Shown: one piece after another, positions 24,891 through 32,000 of the stretch
Layout: every line of letters begins with the position of its first letter
Position numbering within the stretch: the stretch's first letter is position 1
Source of the DNA: Candidatus Saccharimonadota bacterium
Lineage (GTDB): Bacteria > Patescibacteriota > Saccharimonadia > Saccharimonadales > UBA4665
Reading direction: 5' to 3'
Assembly (NCBI GenBank): GCA_963718045.1
Contig: OY970350.1
Span: forward strand, 150,001-182,000
DNA: 32,000 nt
The notes under the pieces: model-generated
What the model was told of the DNA's origin: nothing
The model's database searches: none
Seen by the model: only the letters and a program-made list of their open reading frames with translations
Program-made: the position numbers and the translations under genes

Positions 24891-25744
24891 CCATGTAATT
24901 TATAAAGCTGGATAAAGTCTTCGGTGGTCATAAGTACGTAGTCATGCATAGCGGCTAGAGCCTTTAATTTCAAATGCGAAGATGGAAGTGCCTCAGTGAA
25001 TATATACAACGGTTTATGTTGTATATTGCTCACTAATTTAAAAAGCTTGCGGTAAACATCGAGTCCGTCTTTGCCACCAAAAATAGCAATTGGAGGCTCA
25101 TGACCAGCAGCTAAATTAATGTGGAAGTTATCTGGTATATAAGGCAGATTGCATAACAGGATATCATAGCTGTTGTCATTATTAGGTAAAAGGTCAGCCA
25201 GGATAGTCTTAGCGTGTATTGTGTGTAAAACAACATTCGTTTTAGCTACTTTTAGTGCTTTAAGGTCTATGTCCATTAGGTCTATCCGTATGTTTTCAAC
25301 CTCTAGTCTAGCTGTAATACCTATAGCTCCCGAACCAGTACCAATGTCGGCTACATGTAAGCCATTGGCTAGCAGGAGACGTTTCCTATATTTAGATTCG
25401 CCATCAACCAGAGACTTAAATAGGTCGATCATAGTTTCTGTTTCTGGTCTTGGCTGAAGAACGTTACTATCTACATAAAAAGTACGGCCATAAAACTCAG
25501 TCCGGTGAGTAATATATGCAATCGGCATGTGCTTGGATCTTTTGGATATTGCTTGATTGAACAAATTTATTTGTTGCCTAGTGATGGTTTGATCAGGATT
25601 GCTCAAAATCTTAGCCCGGTCAATTCCTAAGATGAACTCCATAAGGATTAAAGCATCTAATCTAGCTGTCGGTACGGAGTGTTTATTAAGAGTGTCAGTG
25701 GCTGACTTTAGATATTCGCCAACTGTATTACCGGCTATGTTCAT
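24887..25744 (-). CDS. prmC: Release-factor glutamine N5-methyltransferase PrmC/HemK
   Basis: SAM motif ADIGTGSGAIGI. The catalytic tetrad reads NLPY (LCNLPYIP) in place of the usual NPPY. Lies directly downstream of prfA. Confidence 0.88.
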   Translation of the reverse strand: MNIAGNTVGEYLKSATDTLNKHSVPTARLDALILMEFILGIDRAKILSNPDQTITRQQINLFNQAISKRSKHMPIAYITHRTEFYGRTFYVDSNVLQPRPETETMIDLFKSLVDGESKYRKRLLLANGLHVADIGTGSGAIGITARLEVENIRIDLMDIDLKALKVAKTNVVLHTIHAKTILADLLPNNDNSYDILLCNLPYIPDNFHINLAAGHEPPIAIFGGKDGLDVYRKLFKLVSNIQHKPLYIFTEALPSSHLKLKALAAMHDYVLMTTEDFIQLYKLHG

Positions 25745-25750
25745 ATTTAT

Positions 25751-26809
25751 TTATTCAGATTCGATCAACTGGTGCTCAGCTTCTTGAAGCTTAGTTATAA
25801 TATCGTCTATTTCACCATTTAGCGCTGCAGGTATATTAGACCGGGAGTAGCCAATCCGATGATCGGTAATACGGTCCTGCGGGAAGTTATAAGTCCGAAT
25901 CTTTTCACTTCTATCACCGGATCCAATTAATTTTATTCGGGTATCAGAAAGAGCTTTTTGTTCTTCCTCGATCTTTATGGCAAGTAGCCTAGATCTCAAT
26001 ATGCTCATGGCCTTAGCCTTGTTCTTAATTTGGGATTTTTCATCCTGGTTAGCAACAACTAGACCGCTTGGCAGGTGAGTTATCCGGACTGCTGAATCAG
26101 TAGTGTTGACTGACTGCCCGCCGTGCCCGCTTGACCTAAATACATCAATCCTAAGATCATTAGGGCTTATCTCAACGTCAGTTTCTTCGGCCTCAGGCAA
26201 TACGGCAACAGTAACTGTAGAAGTGTGTATACGCCCCTGGCTTTCGGTAACGGGTACTCGCTGAACACGGTGTACACCACCTTCAAATTTTAAGTTCTTA
26301 TATGCACCATGTCCATTAACGGCAAATATTATTTCTTTAAAGCCTCCGACTTCATTCGGATTCTCACTTAATAGCTCATACTTATATCCGTGGATTTCTG
26401 CCCAGCGACAATACATTCTAAATAGCTCGCCGGCAAACAAACTGGCTTCATCTCCGCCGGCAGCTGCCCGAATTTCAATAATCACATTGCGGGCGCTATT
26501 CGGATCATCAACCTTAAGATGTTCTTTTAGCTCTTCTTCAGTTTCAGCAATTTTATCTTTTAAACTTTCAATTTCTTGCCCGGCAAGTTCTATTAAGTCA
26601 GTTTCTTTGGTATGAGCTTTTAATTCTTCGGCTGCTTCAAGCTGGCGTTTTAATTCGTTTGAGCTGTCAAAAAGGTCAACTAGTTCTTTAAGTTCGGTGT
26701 AGCGTTTAGCTAACTTGGGATATTCCGGCAGGGCATAGACGCCGCTGTCTGTCATCTTAAGTTCTAAGTCGGCAAGTTCTTCTCTAAATTTTGCTTCCTG
26801 GCTATTCAT
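25751..26809 (-). CDS. prfA: Peptide chain release factor 1
   Basis: RF1-type PxT recognition tripeptide ([14 protein letters not shown]) and GGQ (SGHGGQSVN). Confidence 0.96.
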   Translation of the reverse strand: MNSQEAKFREELADLELKMTDSGVYALPEYPKLAKRYTELKELVDLFDSSNELKRQLEAAEELKAHTKETDLIELAGQEIESLKDKIAETEEELKEHLKVDDPNSARNVIIEIRAAAGGDEASLFAGELFRMYCRWAEIHGYKYELLSENPNEVGGFKEIIFAVNGHGAYKNLKFEGGVHRVQRVPVTESQGRIHTSTVTVAVLPEAEETDVEISPNDLRIDVFRSSGHGGQSVNTTDSAVRITHLPSGLVVANQDEKSQIKNKAKAMSILRSRLLAIKIEEEQKALSDTRIKLIGSGDRSEKIRTYNFPQDRITDHRIGYSRSNIPAALNGEIDDIITKLQEAEHQLIESE

Positions 26810-26854
26810 AATATCTCATTATATGCTAACCGCTTCCCGGAAGATTAAGAGTGC

Positions 26855-27187
26855 TTAAGACTCTTCGGTTTCTTTAGCAACTTTTTTAGCTTTTCGTTTT
26901 GCTTGCTTAGTAACTGCGTTTGCCCGTTTTTCTCTGGCGGCTGTACCAGCTGCTGCCCGCGCTTTAAATTTATCTACTCTTCCTTCAATGTCCATGATTC
27001 GTTCTTCACCAGTAAAGAAGGGGTGAGAACTGCTGGAGATGTGGACCTTTACAAGCGGATAAGTTGTGCCTTCGATCTCAATAGTTTCATCAGTCGGAGC
27101 TGTTGAACGCGTAAGATACGTCGAGTCGTTATTTAAATCCTTAAAAACGACTAGACGGTAGTTATCGGGGTGAATATCCTTCTTCAT
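26855..27187 (-). CDS. rpmE: 50S ribosomal protein L31, type B (no zinc motif), with a Lys/Ala-rich C-terminal extension
   Basis: [17 protein letters not shown]...[11 protein letters not shown] matches L31. There is no CxxC pair. It carries an extra roughly 30-aa tail, [36 protein letters not shown]. Confidence 0.9.
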   Translation of the reverse strand: MKKDIHPDNYRLVVFKDLNNDSTYLTRSTAPTDETIEIEGTTYPLVKVHISSSSHPFFTGEERIMDIEGRVDKFKARAAAGTAAREKRANAVTKQAKRKAKKVAKETEES

Positions 27188-27196
27188 AGGCCCATT

Positions 27197-27225
27197 AGTA
27201 TATATGAGGTGGCCTCTCTGGTCAA
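27197..27225 (-). promoter_or_regulatory. Candidate promoter for rpmE (TTGACC-17 nt-TATACT)
   Basis: On the minus strand: TTGACC at 27225..27220, a 17-nt spacer, and TATACT at 27202..27197. Only 9 nt with no SD remain before ATG 27187. Confidence 0.5.
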
Positions 27226-27375
27226 CACCTTTGAAAAGGGCGGGCTAAACTGGCCGGCAATTTGTTAGACAGATTAGCTTAAATAAGGTAAGATATTAGG
27301 AATAAAATTAATCAGGCTGGGGTACATTCCTCTCCTTGAAAATAGGAGCACCCAGTTGAAGAGGAAGGAAAAGTT

Positions 27376-28101
27376 ATGGCTACAACCAATGAAGTAGATG
27401 TTAAGAAACTGTTTGAGGCCGGAGCCCATTTTGGCCATAGGACCAGTCGTTGGCATCCTAAAATGGCCCAATACATCCACTCTAAAAGGGGTGGTATACA
27501 TGTTATTGATCTAAATAAAACGGCCCTTTGTTTAGAGCGGGCTTTAGATTTTGTTTCTAGACTGGCCTCAGAAAACAAGCAGATTTTGTTTGTCGGCACA
27601 AAGAGGCAAGCTAAGGATATTATTAAGAACTTAGCGGACGAAACTAAGATGCCTTATGTTACTGAACGTTGGCTTGGCGGTACTTTGACCAATTGGGCAA
27701 CTATCGGCAGCCGGGTTAAGCACTTAAAGGACCTTGAAGCCCGTATGGCCAGCGGTGAACTAGCCAATAAATATAACAAACTGGAAGTCCAAAGATTTCA
27801 GGAAGAAATAGATGGCTTAAATGCCGCCTTTGGCGGTGTTAAAGAACTTAACGGACACCCCGGAGCAGTCTTTGTGGTTGACACTATTCATGACAACATT
27901 GCCGTTAAGGAAGCCAACAAGCTAGGCATACCTGTTATAGCTATTACTGATACAAATTCTGACCCCTCTGTCATTGATTACCCCATTCCGGCTAACGATG
28001 ACGCTATTAAAACCATCCAGTTAATAGCTGATTACATTAAAGCAAGTATTGAAGCTGGCCGATCAAAAGCCAAGCCAGAAGTTAAACCAGAAATTAATTA
28101 G
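27376..28101 (+). CDS. rpsB: 30S ribosomal protein S2
   Basis: LFEAGAHFGHRTSRWHPKM, ILFVGTKRQA and VFVVDTIHDNIAVKEANKLGIPVIAITDTN. AGAGGAAGGA SD before the ATG. Confidence 0.96.
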   Translation: MATTNEVDVKKLFEAGAHFGHRTSRWHPKMAQYIHSKRGGIHVIDLNKTALCLERALDFVSRLASENKQILFVGTKRQAKDIIKNLADETKMPYVTERWLGGTLTNWATIGSRVKHLKDLEARMASGELANKYNKLEVQRFQEEIDGLNAAFGGVKELNGHPGAVFVVDTIHDNIAVKEANKLGIPVIAITDTNSDPSVIDYPIPANDDAIKTIQLIADYIKASIEAGRSKAKPEVKPEIN

Positions 28102-28112
28102 CGGAGGAAAAA

Positions 28113-28709
28113 ATGTCTGCAGATATTAACGAAGTTAAAAGACTCAAAGATCTAACCGGTGTCGGTTTAACCGATGCTAAAGCTGCTCTTGAAGAATCGT
28201 CAGGCGATTTCGACAAAGCCTTAAAAGCTATGCGCGAAAAGGGACTGACTAAAGCCGAAAAAAGAAGTGAAAGAGAAGCCCGTGAAGGCGTTATTGGCAG
28301 TTATCTTCACGATAACCGCATTGGCGTATTAGTAGAAGTAAACTGTGAAACTGACTTTGTGGCTCGAAATGAAATCTTTACTAGTTTGGTAAAAGACATA
28401 GCCATGCATATTGCCGCTTCAAACCCGGAATATGTTAGCCAGAGCGATGTTCCGGAAACGGAAAAGAAGCGGGTTGAGTCTGAGCTTAAGAAAAAGGCCA
28501 AAGCTGAAGGCAAACCAGCTAATATAGTAGATAAAATTGTTGCCGGCCAACTTACTAAATACTTCGAGGAACGATGCCTGCTTGACCAGCCGTTTGTTAA
28601 GGACCCAGATATTACTGTCGGTGAATATGTTAAACAACACGGCGCCAAGCTAGGTGAGAACATCGTTGTCAGAAGGTTCAGCCGTCTGGCTTTAGGCGAG
28701 GTCAATTAA
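28113..28709 (+). CDS. tsf: Elongation factor Ts (short form)
   Basis: UBA-like N-terminus VKRLKDLTGVGLTDAKAALEES, EVNCETDFVARNE and IAMHIAASNP. GGAGG SD before the ATG. Confidence 0.94.
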   Translation: MSADINEVKRLKDLTGVGLTDAKAALEESSGDFDKALKAMREKGLTKAEKRSEREAREGVIGSYLHDNRIGVLVEVNCETDFVARNEIFTSLVKDIAMHIAASNPEYVSQSDVPETEKKRVESELKKKAKAEGKPANIVDKIVAGQLTKYFEERCLLDQPFVKDPDITVGEYVKQHGAKLGENIVVRRFSRLALGEVN

Positions 28710-28734
28710 CCTACTTGGTGATAGAATTGTCTGT

Positions 28735-29298
28735 ATGGACAGCAATAAAGTTATCAGTGACACGGCCTCAAAACTGAAGGAAGCTTTTGATAGATTTGTA
28801 GAAGACCTAAAGTCTATCCGAACCGGACGGGCTAATGCCGCTATGCTTGACGGCGTTATAGTTGAAGCTTACGGCACACCGATGCCCTTAAAACAAGTGG
28901 CGAATGTAGTTGCCGTTGGATCCCAAATGCTTCAGCTTACCCCGTTTGACCCCAGTAATATAGCAGCAATATCTGAAGCAATAAGAAATAACCCATCACT
29001 CGGCTTAAATCCTAGTGATGACGGTAGGGTTATCAGACTGCCAATCCCGCCTTTGACTGAAGAAAGAAGACGGGAAATGACTAAGCAGATAAACGGCCAC
29101 GTTGAAGACTGCTTGGTTAAAATGCGCTCTACCCGACATGACGCACTTGATGCCATCGATAAGCTTAAAAAAGATAAAACTATCGGCGAAGATGAGTCTA
29201 AAAGACTGGCAAAGTCTATTGAAGAGCTGGTTAGCGAACAGAGAAAAGTCGTCGAAGAAAATGCTAAAAACAAAGAAAAAGAAATACTTACTCTATAA
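28735..29298 (+). CDS. frr: Ribosome recycling factor
   Basis: LKSIRTGRANAAMLDGV, IRLPIPPLTEERRREM and the C-terminal coiled region are typical of RRF. Confidence 0.94.
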   Translation: MDSNKVISDTASKLKEAFDRFVEDLKSIRTGRANAAMLDGVIVEAYGTPMPLKQVANVVAVGSQMLQLTPFDPSNIAAISEAIRNNPSLGLNPSDDGRVIRLPIPPLTEERRREMTKQINGHVEDCLVKMRSTRHDALDAIDKLKKDKTIGEDESKRLAKSIEELVSEQRKVVEENAKNKEKEILTL

Positions 29299-29425
29299 GA
29301 ATTTAAGAAAAGTTTATATCTATCAGCTCTAATTTAGTAAGCAGGAGTTATTGTTGATATAATTATTTTTAAATCCACAACAAAAAGCAATACTAACTTA
29401 TTGCAAGGGAGTTAACTAGGGTAAA

Positions 29426-30601
29426 ATGGCGGTTCTAGTTTTAATCATCGGGATAGTTCTGATCATCGGGTTAATTGTTGTCCACGAGTTTGGCCATTTT
29501 ATGGCTGCTAGAAGAAATGGTGTTGCGGTTGAGGAATTTGCCATTTTCTTTGGCCCGACTATTTATAAAAGAAAGACAAAGAATGGTTGGCTGTTTAGGT
29601 TTAACACTGTACCTTTAGGCGGCTACGTAAAGCTTAAAGGCGAGCATGACAGCGACATGGAACCGGGTAGTTACGGAGCGGCAACTCTATGGGTTAAAAC
29701 TAAAATTATGGCGGCCGGTGTAATTAGTAACTTAATCACGGGCTTCGTTCTGCTTATAATTTTAGGCTTAATCGGCTTGCCACAAATTATTCCCAATCAG
29801 TTTACGGTTAGTAGCAACGGCCATATTATCAAAAAGGCGACAACGGTAGTCCAAATCGGCGAGGTATTAAGCGGGACGCCAGCGGCCAGGGCAGGTCTAA
29901 AAGCGGGTGAAAATATTATTGCTCTGGGTCCAAAGAACAATCTTGTTAAAATTAACTCTGCTTCATCACTTCAAAAAGTAACTAAAGAGTTTGCCGGCCA
30001 AAAGGTATTAATTGATTACAGCAGAGGCAGTAAAGATTACGTGACAACAACCACCATCAACACGGCAGCCCAGGCTAACTCAAACAAAGATAAGATTTAT
30101 CTAGGGGTAGCTACCAGCAGCTACAGCAGCGGAGTCAGTTTAATCAGATATACTTGGGCTTCGCCAATTGTTGCCCTAGGCCTGACGAAACAGATAGTTG
30201 TCTTGTCCTATCAGGGGCTGGGTCATGCTATCCATGGACTAGGCGGAATTATAGCCGGGGCAGCAACACATAATAATGCCGCGAGAAAGAATGCTCAAAC
30301 CTCAGCCAGCAGCCAAATAGTCGGACCAATTGGTTTGGTTGTAATACTTAAAGACAGCAGTTCAGTCGGTTTTAGCTTTATGATATTTATTATTGCCCTA
30401 ATCTCTTTAACTCTGGCCATTATGAACATATTGCCCATACCGGCTCTTGATGGCGGCAGGTTATGGCTGACGCTTATTTCCCATGGTCTAAAACATCCTA
30501 TGAACGCCAACACAGAAGAACTTATTAATGCCGTCGGGATGTTAGTCCTTTTCTTTTTAATAGCGCTAATCTCATACGTGGACATTAAAAGGTTCTTTTG
30601 A
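29426..30601 (+). CDS. rseP: Site-2 (M50) intramembrane zinc metalloprotease RseP/RasP
   Basis: HEFGH (HExxH) in TM1, a central PDZ-like segment (GTPAARAGLKAGENIIALG), and NILPIPALDGG. Confidence 0.92.
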   Translation: MAVLVLIIGIVLIIGLIVVHEFGHFMAARRNGVAVEEFAIFFGPTIYKRKTKNGWLFRFNTVPLGGYVKLKGEHDSDMEPGSYGAATLWVKTKIMAAGVISNLITGFVLLIILGLIGLPQIIPNQFTVSSNGHIIKKATTVVQIGEVLSGTPAARAGLKAGENIIALGPKNNLVKINSASSLQKVTKEFAGQKVLIDYSRGSKDYVTTTTINTAAQANSNKDKIYLGVATSSYSSGVSLIRYTWASPIVALGLTKQIVVLSYQGLGHAIHGLGGIIAGAATHNNAARKNAQTSASSQIVGPIGLVVILKDSSSVGFSFMIFIIALISLTLAIMNILPIPALDGGRLWLTLISHGLKHPMNANTEELINAVGMLVLFFLIALISYVDIKRFF

Positions 30602-31404
30602 TGGTTAAGGATAGTGCTAGGCCAGTTAACGCAGCTGAAGAAACAAGTCAAAGAGCACCAGGAGTTAAGTGGAACCCCTGGATTGGTGTCCTACTTGTTC
30701 TAGCAATCTATGTTTTCTCGCAAATTGTTGGCCTGGTTGTTTTAATTTATCCTATTTTAAGGCACTGGTCTGCCGCTAAATCCTCCAGCTGGCTTAATAA
30801 CTCAACGTACGCCCAGTTCTTTTACGTATTTATAGTTGAGGCCTTCACAGTTTTAGCTGTGCTTCAGCTTCTTAAATGGTTTAAGGTAGATAAAAAGGTT
30901 ATTGGGCTTAGAAAACCCCATCTTCGGGACCCATTATATGCTCTGCTGGCTGTCCCTGTTTATTACCTCCTTTATATTATTGCTGTCGCTATCCTATCTA
31001 GCTTTGTTAAGGGGCTCAGATTGTCAGAAACCCAGAACGTTGGTTTTGGCAGTGTCCACGGCGCAGCCCAGTTAATAGTCACGTTTATCAGCCTGGTAAT
31101 ACTGCCGCCAATTGCTGAAGAGATTTTAGTCAGAGGTTTCTTGTACTCCAGTCTTAAGAAAGGACTGCCTCAAATTGCCGCTGCTATTGTTACAAGTGTA
31201 ATTTTTGCCAGCGCTCATTTGCCTGAAGGGACAGCCGGACTGCTTTGGATTGGATTTGTAGACACCTTTATTTTATCTATTATCCTAATCTATCTAAGGG
31301 AGAAAACAGACGGACTATGGTCAGGTATGACTCTCCATGGCATAAAAAATGGTGTGGCCTATTTTGTCCTATACTTAGCGCCGCTACTGGCAATACATAT
31401 CTAG
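30598..31404 (+). CDS. CPBP-family (CAAX/Abi) intramembrane glutamic endopeptidase
   Basis: Motif 1 EEILVRG (EExxxR), motif 2 FASAH (FxxxH) and a later TLHGIKN His, in a multi-TM protein. Its ATG overlaps the rseP stop in ATGA at 30598-30601. Confidence 0.85.
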   Translation: MMVKDSARPVNAAEETSQRAPGVKWNPWIGVLLVLAIYVFSQIVGLVVLIYPILRHWSAAKSSSWLNNSTYAQFFYVFIVEAFTVLAVLQLLKWFKVDKKVIGLRKPHLRDPLYALLAVPVYYLLYIIAVAILSSFVKGLRLSETQNVGFGSVHGAAQLIVTFISLVILPPIAEEILVRGFLYSSLKKGLPQIAAAIVTSVIFASAHLPEGTAGLLWIGFVDTFILSIILIYLREKTDGLWSGMTLHGIKNGVAYFVLYLAPLLAIHI

Positions 31405-32000
31405 CTAAAGCCTAGCTACCACTTCGCCAAGAGGAACGCTTTCACTTTTTTCTTCATTTCTATGTTTTAATTCAACACCTTGACTTTCTAAAGTCCTGGG
31501 ACTAACAGTCAGTCTCATGGGGCAGCCAATTAAATCTGCATCGGCAAATTTAACTCCGGCACTCTCTTCACGGTCATCATAAAGCGTATCGATATTAGCG
31601 CTTTTTAGCTCTTCATAAAGACTGTCAGCCGCCTTGACGGTATTTTCCTCAGCACCGATTCTGACCAGATGGACTTTAGCCGGTGCAACGGCGTCGGGCC
31701 AAACGATACCCTTATCGTCATGGTGTGTTTCAACAATAGCTGCCAGTGTTCTGGCAATGCCAATTCCATAACAGCCCATATAATACTTCTTTATCTGGCC
31801 GTCAGAATCTGTATATTCAGCACCTTCCATCAGGTCAGTATAGTGATAGCCTAGCTGAAAAATATTGCCTACCTCTATGCCTCGTTTTTCAATCAGTTCG
31901 CCGGCATTATTCGGTGCCTGATCACCCGGACGAGCCATAGCAATGTCATAAAACTTATCTGGTTCTGGGAAGTCCCGGCCAAGGTTTACGTTACGAAAGT
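31405..32000 (-). CDS. proS: Prolyl-tRNA synthetase, C-terminal part (5' end lies beyond the window)
   Basis: GIEVGNIFQLG, MGCYGIGIARTLAAIVE (class II motif 3) and a C-terminal anticodon-binding domain. The frame stays open upstream of the track Met at 31938 (..FRNVNLGRDFPEPDKFYDIA-MARPGD) to position 32000. Confidence 0.92.
   Translation of the reverse strand, partial: FRNVNLGRDFPEPDKFYDIAMARPGDQAPNNAGELIEKRGIEVGNIFQLGYHYTDLMEGAEYTDSDGQIKKYYMGCYGIGIARTLAAIVETHHDDKGIVWPDAVAPAKVHLVRIGAEENTVKAADSLYEELKSANIDTLYDDREESAGVKFADADLIGCPMRLTVSPRTLESQGVELKHRNEEKSESVPLGEVVARL

Noticed and set aside
1-32000. Recoded genetic code (UGA as a sense codon, as in some CPR lineages), mobile elements, CRISPR, defence or toxin-antitoxin systems, inteins
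   Set aside because: TGA terminates several well-delimited genes at family-typical lengths: the wHTH gene, yqeY, ftsA, ftsZ, parA, def and rseP. No direct-repeat array, transposase, integrase, inverted terminal repeats or small paired ORFs were seen. NrdJ, PriA and IleRS have normal lengths with no intein-like insertions.

Overview
This window is a tightly packed run of 33 core housekeeping genes from a small, moderately AT-rich genome that uses the standard code, with TGA as a stop. I saw no rRNA, tRNA, CRISPR array, transposase, integrase or recognisable defence or toxin genes.

**Gene content, in order:**
- ROK kinase (partial), S1, IF-2, a DUF-type protein, then fmt, def and priA on the minus strand.
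- wHTH regulator, S21, YqeY, adk, map, ftsA, ftsZ.
- nrdR, class II RNR (nrdJ), a Cys-less thioredoxin-fold ORF, a T-box leader with ileS, and L21.
- A roughly 400-nt noncoding gap, then parA converging on parB and lepB.
- A polytopic membrane protein and HtrA, then prmC, prfA and L31 on the minus strand.
- S2, EF-Ts, RRF, RseP and a CPBP protease, then proS (partial, minus strand).

Synteny is Terrabacteria/Firmicutes-like but stripped down. Together with the short IF-2, S1 and EF-Ts and the DUF-type protein, this suggests a reduced genome such as Patescibacteria/CPR (Saccharibacteria-like). That lineage call is inference only.

I do not see a convincing novel multi-gene system; this looks like an ordinary core region.

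**Best leads for a second look:**
1. A complete Ile T-box leader with an ultrashort Stem I, whose only terminator helix competes with Stem III rather than with the antiterminator.
2. A thioredoxin-fold protein with no cysteine directly after nrdJ.
3. The AT-rich rplU-parA gap, which has back-to-back opposite-strand terminators and one perfect DnaA box.
4. parA and parB converging with abutting stop codons.
5. A recurrent -10 box placed 6-11 nt before the ATG, suggesting leaderless or near-leaderless mRNAs.

All RNA folds and promoter calls were made by eye and need computational and experimental confirmation.
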